From Utricularia gibba (lineage: Eukaryota > Plantae > Magnoliophyta), in the NCBI GenBank assembly GCA_002189035.1, contig CM007991.1:3844001-3908000 (forward strand): a stretch of DNA of 64,000 nucleotides, written 5' to 3'. Below, one piece after another: positions 24,731 through 37,173 of this stretch. A program made the position numbers and the translations under genes. A model generated the notes under the pieces. It saw nothing but the letters and a program-made list of their open reading frames with translations. It ran no database searches and was not told the origin of the DNA. Numbering within the stretch: the first letter of the stretch is position 1; each line of letters starts with the position of its first letter.

Positions 24731-27167
24731 TCAAGGAAAAAGAGGCACTGAGAGAAGCCCTGTGGCCTCCGGAACTCCCATCATCAAGTTGAGGTTTTGC
24801 AGGGCTTGCCCTGAAGCTCCTTTTACAAGATTATCGATCTGCGTTGCAACAAAGTACTCGATCAGGGGGCAGATTTCCAGTTGAAGCTGAGTAGAAGAAG
24901 AAGAGAGAGAGCTTACAACGGAGATGATTATCGCCCTCCCCGGGATTCGATCTGGGAACACGTTGATCAAGCAGTAGTTTGATCCCCTGACATGTCTGGT
25001 GTGGGGGACTTGGTTCTTTGGCATCAGAATCACGAACTCTTCCTTCTGCAGGCGTGAAGGTGATTTTTACAATGGGGGGAAGCAGGAGAAGTGGACTGAT
25101 TTTACCTCGTAGAACTTTCGTAAGTGCTCGTACAGATCTTCTGTTGATGCTCCGGGAGACATTTCCACGTATATTGTTGATTGCATGCCGCGGCTCTGGA
25201 ATGTGATGAAGGAGATTGATTATATAATGGAAATGGAAGTCATCTTGTGAAGGTGGATCAGTTGCTTACAATTGGCATTAAATGTGGGGTGAAGCTGATG
25301 GTCACTTTCGAGTTTGCGCATTCCGACAGTCCTTGTTCGATTTCAGGCACTGATGAGCCAGGAAAATAGTCAGCCGGCAGCAAGAAAATGGAGGAAGTCA
25401 AAAACACAATGGAAAGTGGTGATGAAGATGACCAACCATGTCGATGCTTGGTTACTCCATAGGAATGTATTCCTTCAGCTATTTCTGTGTACAAATTTGC
25501 CTCCTTAGCCCCACGGCCTGCATTGCAGCATGTATCATTCCTTCAAACAACAATCTTTTCAAGCACAAAGACTGTTGACTTTGAAACAGAGCACATTATA
25601 CATCAAGAAGGTTCGAACCTGCTCCACTAACACCAGACTTCGAGTCGATTATTATGTTGCTAACTTGAATGAGATTCGCCTGTACATTTGAAAGATAGAC
25701 AGGTTTCCCTTCATGAGAAAAAGTTCAAAAACTTACTAAAGAACTATTTCCATGTTGCCCATCCCCACCCATAGTACACTAACCTTTATCAAAGGGATGA
25801 GAGGAAGCTGAACTGATGTAGGATAGCATCCTGGATTTGCAACGAGACGTGCGCCTTGTATTTCTGATCTACGTATCTCAGTCAAGCCATACACAGCTTC
25901 TTTCTGCAAGGCAAGTAACCCCATGAAAGAGCATGTGGTGATTAATGTATACATCAATCAAAAGATGAGGAGAAATCTGACTTGTAATTCTTGTGCCTTG
26001 TGAGGTTGACCATACCATTCTTCATACTCATCAACATCTTGAAGTCGAAAGTCCTGCATAAGGATCAAAATAACTCCAACAAAAGAGGTATAGAATGGAT
26101 CAAAACACATTCCAAGATGTGGAGAATACTGCAGATAGATCAACTATCTTTATGCTCCTTGGAAGCTCTTTGATTATTTCCTGCAACAGCGCAAAAATAT
26201 TAAGACTAAGTTGAGCATAACTGAGGTAAAATGATCTCAAATTTCAACCTCATCAACTGAAGGGAAATGCAACCTGGGTTGTCCCATGAGGCAAACAGCA
26301 AAAAACGGCATCCACGGATGAGAAATCAGCATCTTTAACCGCAACCATATCAGGCAAATCCTGTTGAAAAATACCCATTTAAAAATGGAGAAAGTTACAA
26401 ACTTTCCAATCATGTCAGATCATAAGCGGTAAACCTAACATGTTCGAACAGCATAAGGCAAATTTTTACTCGAAAAACCTTATCTCTATCACATACTTGG
26501 TTCATCAAATGAGGGAACACTGATCCAATTGACTGCCCAGCTTTCCTATCAGCAGTCATCAGTTTTATATGATAATTTGGATGATGAGCTAGAAGCCTGA
26601 TTATCTGCAAGCCAAGATCACGCAAGACTGCCAGACGTTAGGATCAAGAAGAGGAAAAAAAAAAAAATCAAGCCATTTAAAATAAAAGTGGATCTCCAAA
26701 GTAACAGCAAATAGCACAGCGAAAGCCCAAACTCGCACCTTGTTTCACCATTTGAAGTTAGCAGCTTCTTGAAACACAATATCAACGACAAATACACTGA
26801 AAAGGGGGTATAAGTTTCCTACCTCGGAACCAGTATAGCCACTTGCTCCAAGAACGCCAATTCGGAACTTTTCGAATTTCTGGGACTTCGTTTCGTCCAC
26901 CTTTTCAACCTCCGGAGTTGCAAGAGAAGCGCCAACACAAAGCTTCCTAGGATTCTTTGTTTCATCCTAAAACAGGAGTTCAATTATCAAACCAGTGCAA
27001 AGGCACCCATTACTCCGATTCCCATAAACACAATCAACATCATTAAAAACGAAAATGATGATTTCAGTATCCAATTCACGCGGCAACCAAAGTCTATACT
27101 AAAACTAAAAAACCTCAACCTGGAGCCGAAGAGCGCAAGGAAATGAAGTCCTGAGCATGAGCGCCAT
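24731..27167 (-). CDS. argC: N-acetyl-gamma-glutamyl-phosphate reductase, plastid (arginine biosynthesis)
   Basis: [15 protein letters not shown]; [11 protein letters not shown]; VDLSADFRL; [11 protein letters not shown]; [37 protein letters not shown]; FTPHLMP; [21 protein letters not shown]. Junctions traced in frame. Confidence 0.96.
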
Positions 27168-27829
27168 TTCGCGGCGACGGAGATGCCGAACCACTGCAGT
27201 AATTAAGGGCAGGCAGCCGAGGCGAGCCGACGCCCCTGTAAAATGATTGAGGCTAGATATGTAAAACTGGGCCCCATAAATCACATTTTAATTTAATTAA
27301 AATTTTATCCCAATTAAAATAGGTTTGTTTTATAACAAATTATACCCATTTTATTAATATAAATTAATAGTAACTATTATTTTCATTATTTTTTAGAAAT
27401 TAAAATAAATTTAACTAAATTTAATAAAATCATTTATTTTAACGTTTTTTTATTTGCACACATCAATTGAATGAAAAAAAAAAATACTTTTTAATAGAAA
27501 TTTTACAGCTACATGTATCATTTTTTTTAAAAAAAATTAAGTCACAGTCATTAAAATTATTTGTTTATGATCATATGCATTTTTATTTTTTAAAATAAAT
27601 AGGTTGCATTTGATAGAATAATATTTTTTTAAGTAAGTAATGTAAATGAAATAGTTTCTAGTTTTAATCCAATTAACTTAGTTTTGAAAAAATGAAAATT
27701 TGTATAAACAATTATAGATTTTTTAAAATTTAAGTAAATTGTAAAATATAATGAAAAGAGTATTCTTTATTAATTTTGGTAACAAAATTGATATAAAACG
27801 GTTACTTTCCCAATTTAGGCAGCCCCTTT

Positions 27830-30229
27830 CTAGTATCCAGGGATGACAGGAGGAGGTGGAGATGCATACTCAGCGCCCAAGATGGGGGGGATTTTGGTTG
27901 GAGGGAAAACATACGGTGGTGGGGACGATGGTGGTGGTGGGGATTGGACCGGCGGTGGTGGCGGAGAGTAGACTGGTGGGGGAGGTGGGGAGTGTACAGG
28001 TGGGGGAGGCGGAGAGTAGACGGGCGGTGGGGGCGGAGAGTGTACGGGCGGTGGAGGCGGAGAGTAAACCGGCGGTGGAGGCGGAGAGTAGACGGGGGGT
28101 GGAGGCGGAGAGTATACGGGCGGGGAGGCGGAGAGTGGACGGGCGGGGAGGAGGCGGAGAGTGGACGGGAGGAGGAGGGGGAGAGTGCACAGGCGGGGGA
28201 GGAGGCGGAGAGTGAACTGGTGGTGGGGGCGGAGATTGGAGTGGTGGTGGAGGCGAGTTGCTTGGTGGCGGAGGAAATCTTGCCGGAGATGGTGGCGACT
28301 TAACAAATATAGGCGGCGATTGGGCTGGTGTTTTTGGTGATGATCTGTCAGGTTCTGGAGAACGAACTGGCGTTGGTGGTGATTTGGCAACATTAGGTGT
28401 TGGCGATTGGGTTGGAGTTGTTGGCGGTGGTGATGACTTAGATTCTGATGGCAGAGGAGACGGGCCTGTGGGTTTAAATCCTTTTGGAGGCGATTGGTTC
28501 CGGGTTGGGGTTGGCGGCTGAACAGGGGGCGATGAGTACACCGGCGGCTGTGGAGATTCAATTGGAGAAGGCGGTCGGGACGTCACAGATTTTGGCGGCG
28601 GGATTGGGTTGAAGTCTTTGGCGGAGTCTGAAACGGGGTGGGTGGTGAAGCTCGGGCTGGAGACGGTGGTGATTGGGTCGGCGTCTTTGTTGTGGACGCC
28701 GGAGGCTTCGGAGAATGGGTTGAAGATCGTGGTGCCTTGGTAGATGATTTGGGCGATGGTTGTGGTGATTTGTCCGACTGTGGCGGCGATTGCCTCCCTG
28801 ATGGCGGTGAATATTTGGATCCTGCTGGGGTTGCCGGAGCTTGAACCGGGGGCGACATATTCACCGTCGATGGTGGAGATGATTTCTCCGGCGTGGCCGG
28901 TGTTTTCGTATGGTTGTCATTTCCAGAAGGGGATGAACCACCACTCGGCGAGGACTTCCCCGTCTTTGGTGCCGATTTCCAGCTCCTCGGTGTCCGGGGC
29001 GACTGTTGCGGTGGTGTTTGTCCTTGGCTGGATCCCGGTGCTGAAGTCCCCGGTGTGCCATTGGAAGAATTCGGCGGCGTAGACGTCTTCGCTGCATTAC
29101 CCTGGCCGGTTCCTCTGCACCCGCCGCTGCAATCCACCTTCTTACTCAACTCAACCTGACACTCCTTCACCGGCCGTTGATCTTTTTCTCCGGCGATGCA
29201 GTTATGGTCATCATCCAATGTCAATGCCGGCAAAGCCTCGGCATTACATTCAGAATCCTTCGCATCAAAGTAATTGTAAGAAAAGGTGAAGTTCTTCAAG
29301 CTAGGCAAAGTGCAAACATTCCTAGCAACTTTGCTTCTGAACTTGTTACTTGCGATGTCAAGTATTTCCAAGCTCTGTAAATACTCCATCCCCACCGGTA
29401 AGTCTCCAGTTAGCTTATTCCAACTGAGATCTATCACAGTAGATGTATTGAGCAATGTGATTTCCTCTGGAACACAACCAGAGAGAAAGCTATGTGACAG
29501 GATCAACTCATCAAGCTTTCCCTCCATCCTACCAATGCTCCTTGGAATGCATCCGCTGATATTGTTGTTGGCAAGCACCACCACTGATGCGGGTGAGTTG
29601 CCGAAATTCTCCGGTATGGTCGACTCGAAGCGATTATGATTCAAGAAAATGGCATCCAGTTCCTTGTTGAACAACTCCTCAGGCAGCCTGCCTTCAAAAT
29701 CATTGAACCGAAGGTCCAAATACTTCAAACTGGGAAGCTCTAGAACTGGATAGGGAAACTGCCCCACGAGGCGATTGTTGCTAAGATCAAGCTCATATAG
29801 AAGCTTCAAGTTCTTGATTGTATCAGGGATCAACCCACAGAGTCGATTTGAATTCATGTGGAACAAGCTGATATCAGTGAGGAGACCAATCTCAGGTGGG
29901 AGATGTCCAGCAATATCACCATGGTTGAGATCAATTCCGGCCACCACCATGACACCCTTATCATCGAGCGCCTCCGCACAGAAAACTCCGGTGTATGAGC
30001 AGACATCTGCACCCACCCAATTAGCAGTGAAGTTCAAGGGATCAGATTGTATGGTAGCTTTGAAAGATTGAAGAGCCTTGTAGGCCATTTCAAGGCGGTT
30101 GTTGGGGAACTTGAGGGCTGCCGAGGTTCCGGCATCCGCATGGTGGTTGTGGGTGGCGGAGATGGTGGTGGAGAAGAAAAGAACGATGAAGAGAAGGGCA
30201 CGAGAGGAATGCATGGCCAAGTCCTCCAT
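27830..30229 (-). CDS. Pollen-type leucine-rich repeat extensin (LRX/PEX), intronless; three apparent 1-nt frameshifts in the extensin region
   Basis: Signal peptide; NWVGADVCSYTGVFCAEALDD..VVAGIDLNHGDIAGHLP..LFHMNSNRLCG; LRRs; Cys-rich hinge; SPPPPPV(Y/H) repeats; end IPPILGAEYASPPPPVIPGY*. Frame breaks at about 28601, 28146 and 28123. The start may instead be the ATG at 30214. Confidence 0.92.
27950..28235 (-). repeat. Extensin tandem repeat (24/27-nt units encoding SPPPPP(P)VY/H)
   Basis: About ten degenerate copies of TCTCCGCCTCCACCGCCCGTCTAC on the minus strand. Confidence 0.9.
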
Positions 30230-30615
30230 GGCGAGAAGGGTTTCGCCTGTGGAACCTTGTGATGAAGGTGCAGGTCTGCTCTTAGTTATACCAAAAATGT
30301 AGGGGGTTGAGCTTCTTGTACGCCTGTTTAAAAGGGAAACCATTCAAAAATTGAAGGTTAGCGATGAACATACCCCAAATATTTCTGTCGCTTTATTATC
30401 CAATGGTAGAATCAGGAAGAGAGATCTAACAAGTTGCATACTTTTTGAGGAAGAAGAGCAGGTCCTGGAACAGTAACGTACGAACATACAGACAGAAAAA
30501 AGATACACACGACACAACCAGCATTGGCGTCTTGACCAAGTGGAAATGCAACTAAAATATATCCATGCTGCAGGAACAGATACCGCTTCAGGTGCGAACT
30601 GGTTGGTGATCAGCT

Positions 30616-31266
30616 TCAGGAAAGTATAAGATGCAGGAGTAAGAGAAAACCAAGAATGATGACGCAAATCTTCAGAACAACAGGTTTCCAATCGATCCTA
30701 AAAGAATGGTGAGGATGGAAACCATGGATGTAACCTCCATGGAAGGAGTTGGAGAACATGTATGGAACTGCGGGGGGTGGTCCGTATACGGTTGCATCAT
30801 GAAACTGGAGGTTGAAAATGGCAGGAAGAGCACCAAATATAGCAGAAAGTGTCATATGACCAAATCTTGCAGCAGCCATGGGCATAAACCCCACCATGGG
30901 ATCAAATTCGTTCTGTCGTACGAAAGCCATGCTCAGTGGCGGGGGAGCAGTCTGAGGTCTCATCCCGATAGGCCGGTTAGGGATGATGATACCCGGGGTG
31001 GGGCGAGATCTGAAGTCATGATTCAGTTTTCCTCTTCCATATATGGGAATCAGCTTGTCTTCCTGCACGATGGATTTACAAACTGGGCACTCATGAGAAT
31101 GGGAATGGAACTGGAGCCACTGATAAACACAGGGCCAGCAGTAGATGTGGCCACAAAGCGTCACGATCGGTTCTTGGGGCAACTCAAAACAGATGTTACA
31201 TTCGAAGTCTCCCGGGTCACCAGTTGGATAGGAAGCATCTGCTGATTCATCTATATTTTGCTTCAT
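30616..31266 (-). CDS. RING-HC membrane-anchored E3 ubiquitin ligase (RMA1/RNF5-like)
   Basis: FECNICFELPQEPIVTLCGHIYCWPCVYQWL..ECPVCK..KLIPIYGRG; IPNRPIGMRPQTAP; C-terminal hydrophobic anchor ICVIILGFLLLLHLILS. Confidence 0.93.
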   Translation of the reverse strand: MKQNIDESADASYPTGDPGDFECNICFELPQEPIVTLCGHIYCWPCVYQWLQFHSHSHECPVCKSIVQEDKLIPIYGRGKLNHDFRSRPTPGIIIPNRPIGMRPQTAPPPLSMAFVRQNEFDPMVGFMPMAAARFGHMTLSAIFGALPAIFNLQFHDATVYGPPPAVPYMFSNSFHGGYIHGFHPHHSFRIDWKPVVLKICVIILGFLLLLHLILS

Positions 31267-32468
31267 ATTACACCTGCAACATGATTCTCATGTTCTCAGG
31301 ACAAATGAAAAATTTGAAGAAAAACAAAGCTAAATTTGTGAAAATGCAGAAAAGATGTGCCCTGTGTCTTTAATCACCACAGATACAGTAACCAGTAAAA
31401 CAGGAATCTGACCTTCACAAGGTCAGGAAGCATACATAAATCGAATATCTAACATACTGCCAAAAATCAAAACGAGATACAATTACCCACAATTCGAATA
31501 AACAAAAGCCAGTAAGTAAAACACCAAAATAGAACAGACTATGCCAATCCGAAGCAGATATAGCAAAGAACTCCACCGCAACCAACTCTTGCAAATAAAA
31601 ACTGACGAAGCCCATCATCCAAACCTCGAATTTTCCCTAACTAGCCAGTCTGGGTAAAAATTCCACAAAAGCTTAAACACAAACAAAAAAAAATCCAGAA
31701 ACAACAAATTTCCTTACAAATTCGAAGAGGAGCAGGACGATCCCCAGTCCAAGAACGAACAGGAGAAGTATCCGAAGGATCAAGCAGCAAGAAGCGGAAT
31801 CCCGATAGCTTCGACGAGTAACGAAAAATCGTTGGGTGAGTGAGAGAGACACTTCGCATAACTCCAAAAAAAAATCTTTTAAAAGAATGGTAATGAAACT
31901 ATTTATTCTCAATAACATCATTGACACGCTCGTGTTACACGTGGATTACTCTCCCTAAAAAATCATCTAATGCTACAGTAATTGTGTTAGGCCGTTTGCG
32001 TCTTTCCTAACCTCGTAATACTAACATTAAAAAATGGCTTGACATTTTGAAAAAAAACATTAAAAATTCAAAGAATTATAAGAAAATTGATATAAAATTT
32101 TATTATAAGTTTTTCATGGTTTCGAGATGAGTTTACCATTAAATCCACGTTTGGTATATGAATTATAATCAGATAAACATAAACCCACCTATTTTTTAAA
32201 GTATCCTTTGTGATCTACAGAAACGATGACATAATTTTCTTTATTGAGTTTACACGAGGAAATGAAATTTTATACAAATGATTTCCACAATATAGAGTTT
32301 ATTAAAATTAATCATTTTCATAAAAATACAGAAAATTAAGTCAGTATTTCCGAAAATCACTAAAGATATTCTTATATATTGGATACCAAGGTTAGTTTAC
32401 ATGAACTTGGGGGGAGGGAGGGGGATAGATTTATGTAAACATGATTGGCATATTTCATTTATGTTCTA

Positions 32469-32536
32469 AATTCTTATCCCTTGTTTTTTTTAGTATTCCA
32501 TTTCTAATTCTAGTAATTCTTATCCCTTGTTTTTTT
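32469..32536. repeat. 22-bp direct repeat, intergenic
   Basis: AATTCTTATCCCTTGTTTTTTT at 32469-32490 and 32515-32536. Confidence 0.85.
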
Positions 32537-33973
32537 ATTATTAACAGGTAAAATAAGTGATTAAAAAATAAAAAAAGTAGATCCCGATCGCATGAAATTA
32601 CGTATTTACCCATTCACATCTCGTGACACATGGAGCCAAAGTGTTTGCTGCACCAACCGCCCCTTTTGTGTGGTGCCCGCTCACGTGTTCAGCTCCCACC
32701 CACCGTAAAATATAAAATAAAAAAATTAATTAATATCTGGATTAATCTCGTCCACAACTTTTTTTGACTCAGCAAATCCCAGCCACAAATTCAATTTAAT
32801 GAAAACATATCAACCGGATTTGGTTCTCGGTCGCTATTTCATGGAGTTCTTGATCTCACACTAAATTTCCCTCCATGGCGGCTAACCGATCATAGGATAA
32901 ACATCAACGAGTATGCTGAGTTTTCAAGTAAAGATAAATGTAAGTCGAAGGATCATATGAGACGAATCACACATTGAATAATATTATTAAGATTGATTAA
33001 GAAATAAGAAAAACGTAAAACATAAGGATTAAGACATGTAAAATTAGTATAGATGGAAAGGTATATGTGATAGAGGCATGGGGTGTCACGTCTTATCAAG
33101 CATGATGGATCCCTATGCATGAAATGGTAGTATTTTAAAATCTAGTTGAATTCATGATATGATTTAATGATAGTTTAAATTTTGGTTATAATGTATTGAA
33201 TCGTGGTAACATATTATAAATAATAAAAATAATTATCTAAAATTTATATTTTTGAAATTTTTTTATAAAATTTATTAAATGGAATCCAAAAATGATAAAA
33301 GTGCATAAAAGAGCCTTATTTGGGTTGTATTAGAAAAATAACCACTCTACTTTGGGTGTATGAGAAAAATAAATATCGTATGTATAAAAAATTGTTTGTA
33401 GCATATGAGATAAAAAGCTAATATGGCTAACTCATATAGACTTTGTTTGATTGGTGTATTTAGGTATTAGTAAGTTTAAATTATTTGGATTTAGTTAAAC
33501 CCAAATATATGTATATAAAAATACCAATACCCCCATTGAATATTCATATATAAGGATATTATATGAGTATAATAATCATTATACACATATATAGTATATA
33601 ATTATATCCACATATCAAATAATACAATTTTATTAAACTCATCATAAATTAATCTTATAACTTTATATCAAAAGGTCATAGGGTTATTTAGAAAAGTGGA
33701 TAATGCAACATTCTCTTATACATATTTAGTCAAAAAAAAAAAGACACATAAAACGATTACTGACCAAATTTCTAATTAATCCATGAATTACATTTACGGC
33801 CGGGGTATCTCCAATTCATGGTTGAGAAACGATAGAAGATTCATTCACCTGTGTTGATTTGTTTTCACTGGTGCGTCTTGCATTCTCGGCCACAACTTGG
33901 TGTCACGTGAACCCAGATGCGCCTCTATATAAACCCCTCTAGCCATTCCCCAGGCATCAGCAACGACAACACA

Positions 33974-34303
33974 ATGGAGGCCTCGTACAGAACCCTGGCA
34001 GTGGCACTGGCGGTGGTGGTGGTGGCACTGGTAGCCACCGCCGAGTCGGCGAGAACCCACGCCTCCGGGAGCGCGATCTGCGGCATGAGCCAAGACGAGC
34101 TGCTGACGTGCAAGGACGCCGTGTCGTCGGGATCGGTCACCCCGCCTTCCACGGACTGCTGCGCCGCCCTGGTCCACGCCGACGTCCCCTGCCTCTGCAA
34201 GTATCAGAAGTCGGGGTACATGACTCTCCTCGGAATCAACGGGACCAGGGCGCTGGAGCTTCCTTCCCTGTGCGATCCCAATCAGTCTGCAGCTCACTGT
34301 TAG
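33974..34303 (+). CDS. DIR1-like non-specific lipid transfer protein (8-Cys motif)
   Basis: Signal peptide MEASYRTLAVALAVVVVALVATAES; ICGMSQDELLTCKDAV..CCAAL..ADVPCLCKY..ALELPSLC..C. TATA (CTATATAA) near 33925 and CACGTG near 33904. Confidence 0.9.
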   Translation: MEASYRTLAVALAVVVVALVATAESARTHASGSAICGMSQDELLTCKDAVSSGSVTPPSTDCCAALVHADVPCLCKYQKSGYMTLLGINGTRALELPSLCDPNQSAAHC

Positions 34304-35700
34304 AGCAACCAACTTCGCTCTCCTGGTTGCTTCTGCTACGTTTTAGGGGTAGGGCGTCGTCGTCTACCTTCGCATGCTTTGCATGTTGTGTGTATCTGTG
34401 GCGTGAGCTCTCTCGTCTAGAGATTGTTTGTGTATTGATTCACGTACCAGTACTCTACTTCTATTTAAATGAATAATTTTGCAATTAACATATAAAAAAA
34501 TCAATTTAAAATTCGATAATTAGCTTCTTTTGGGGCCATGCAAGCAGAAGGATAGGTCCAGGGCCAAATGAGTTGTATTTATTCGCATAAAATAGGGTTG
34601 TACTTAATTTTCATTAATACTTTTTTAAAAAATAATATAATAAAATTAAAATTAAAATCATCCACTTTAAAAATAATAAATATTTTAGATTTTTTTATTT
34701 TTAAAAGTAGAAACCTCATGTGTTTGCAGTTTGATAAATAATTTTAAAATTTGATTCCCCCAGAAATTTATGATTGAATTGAAAATATCAAAATTAAATT
34801 TGAATTTTTTTATTCATTTATTTATGAATTAATTAATTGTAAATAGTGTTTTCAAAATATTTATATATTTATTTAATTTTAATTTCAGATGTATTTAAAT
34901 TAAAAATATTTATAACATGATATCCAACATACATTTTATTTATATTTACAACTGTTCATATTAATACTTTAAAATTAGGAAATCATTTATTGACACCCCT
35001 AAAATGCAAAAAAAAAAAAAAAAAAAGTGTCTGGCATCTCTACATGTCCAATTTTGCCACCAAATATAACCTTAATTCAAGTATCAATCTGTGTACCTCC
35101 GGCGGGTTTATATCCATTCTTTGTTATCTTCAGTGCACTTATATGGTTAATCGTTCTGGGGCGAAACTCGCCTTTACTTGGTTGTTTTCACTTGCAAGGT
35201 TCTGTGGTTTGCCATTTTCCCATCTGGGAGAATGCCTCATTCCGACCCCTTGCTGTTGGACTTGACATCGTAGCCACCACTCAGACAGCAAGAACTCACG
35301 ATCCAGGGCATGGGCCAAACTCGAGGTTCTTATGCGCAAGGGCGCGGGTATGCAAGTAGAAACAAATCAGGGTAAATGCATTGCAGCCCCATCCTTGAGG
35401 TAGATTCAAATCAGTAGCTGGTATCATCTCCTGGGCGTTGCACTGAACAACCTGCAAGGTGTCTGTCTGTCTACCAAGGGAGTGATTCTTGGAATAGAAT
35501 CTGAATGGAATCTGTAGCAATAGAATCTGATGAAACATGACAATCATGAAACAGAAGAAATGGCATTTACAACCAAACGTTGCTGGAAAGCATGTCTTCA
35601 GGACGAGGGCTTGCTCCATGACACACAGATGTCTTCCCAGACTCAGGAAAACCGTAAGAATGAACAGTTCATATCTGGATAATAAAATTGCTGCCCTGGC

Positions 35701-37173
35701 TCAGCATTCACATCCAGTGGACCTTTGCTGGCTGCTTCTTGCGACATCGATGGTTTCCGGAAGGTATCTTTCAGCCGACATCAGAAAAAAATTTAGTATA
35801 AAGTTACAATCAGCAGATAATTGAAGTACATGCATGACGCCAATCGTATGATTGAGTTGTGAAGCTTAAAATGTATACTCACATTTCTTCTTCTTCCTCA
35901 GTGTTCAGGGCATTCTTTGCAATCACCTGAAAAGCTTCTTCCACGTTGGTGCCCTCCTTGGCAGATGCCTCAAAATAGGGGATCCCCTTTGAGGCGCACC
36001 ATGCTCGAGCCTTTTTCTCAGATACCTACACCGGAAAACCAAAAGGATATGGGACAGGGAGGGAATGGTTTACATGGACGATATGTAGATGCTTTCAAGT
36101 CTTACCACCCTGCTATTTCCACCATCCAAATCAATCTTGTTTCCAATCACAATAAAAGGAAAATTCTCAGGATCAGAAGGTGCCGCCTGCAATGAATTGG
36201 TTGCATGAATACAACATTATCTCACGTATCAAATGGTGCCAAAAAAAAATCCTTCTTATTCCGTGCAAGCATCATGATATCTTGTTTTCCATGAAATGGT
36301 GTCTTTAAGATCATTTACAAATCCAGCTGGTTCAGTCATGATTAGAGATCAAACAGCAGCCACATCCCTCAAACAGAAGGATCTCATCAAATCATACCTG
36401 GATCAAAAACTCTTCCCTCCAGTGATTCAGATTCTCGAATGACTTCATCACATTAACATCGTAAACAAGCACACAGCAATCAGCACCCCGGTAGAAAGCA
36501 ACACCAAGGCTCTGAAACCTTTCTTGCCCAGCAGTATCCCATATCTAAACATGTATAACATTATAAGAGAAAGATGGAAACCGAGTTCATTTCCAAGAAA
36601 ACAAATGGATGTGCAAGTAGTTCGTTCGTACATAAAAGAGAAAAAAATTACTGTTAACTCTTTCTAGGATGTAAGGTGAAGTATGCAGCAGATTTAACCT
36701 GTAAAGTGAAAAGCCTGTCCTCCAACTGCACTTCCTTCGTCAGAAAATCGGCACCAATTGTGGCCTTGTACTGATTGCTGAACTTCTTGTTTACATATCT
36801 TTAATCAGGATGTCAAGGAACCCTAACAAATCATTTAAATCTAGATATCGCAATCATTACAGCTATTTCAAAGCATAAACCAGCATGAAGGATACTGATT
36901 CATCAACGAGGTCTTCCCCACCCTGAAATGAAGAACGATAAATACTAAACCGAGTGATAGCAACAACAGATACGGAAATTAATTCCGGCATCTACTGAAG
37001 TGAATTCAACATTCAGAAAAGCTCAAAATGCTCCAGATCGACAGAAGAACCGCCCAAAGCAAACAAAATCGAGAGAAAATGAAGATCAAATCCAATCAAT
37101 TTCATCCCGAAAAGTTTTACCCGCTGTCGCCGAGGATGATAACCTTGAGGAGAGCTCTCCGACGCGACGGCAT
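35701..37173 (-). CDS. RABG3: Rab7-type small GTPase (RabG3)
   Basis: [18 protein letters not shown]|VGKTSLMNQ|[22 protein letters not shown]; [23 protein letters not shown]; [12 protein letters not shown]; C-terminal GCEC prenylation motif. Confidence 0.97.
36799..36895 (-). other. U12-type (minor spliceosome) GT-AG intron in RabG3
   Basis: 5' site GTATCCTTC at 36895 (minus strand); branch site TCCTTGAC at 36819-36812, close to the terminal AAAG; no polypyrimidine tract. Splicing restores N-Q-Y. Confidence 0.9.

Noticed and set aside
27856-29380. Gly/Arg-rich plus-strand ORFs
   Set aside because: They are antisense shadows of the Pro-rich extensin repeats.
35027-35700. Several 90-110 aa ORFs downstream of RabG3
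   Set aside because: No motifs recognised, frames are broken by stops, and the region overlaps the expected RabG3 3' UTR.
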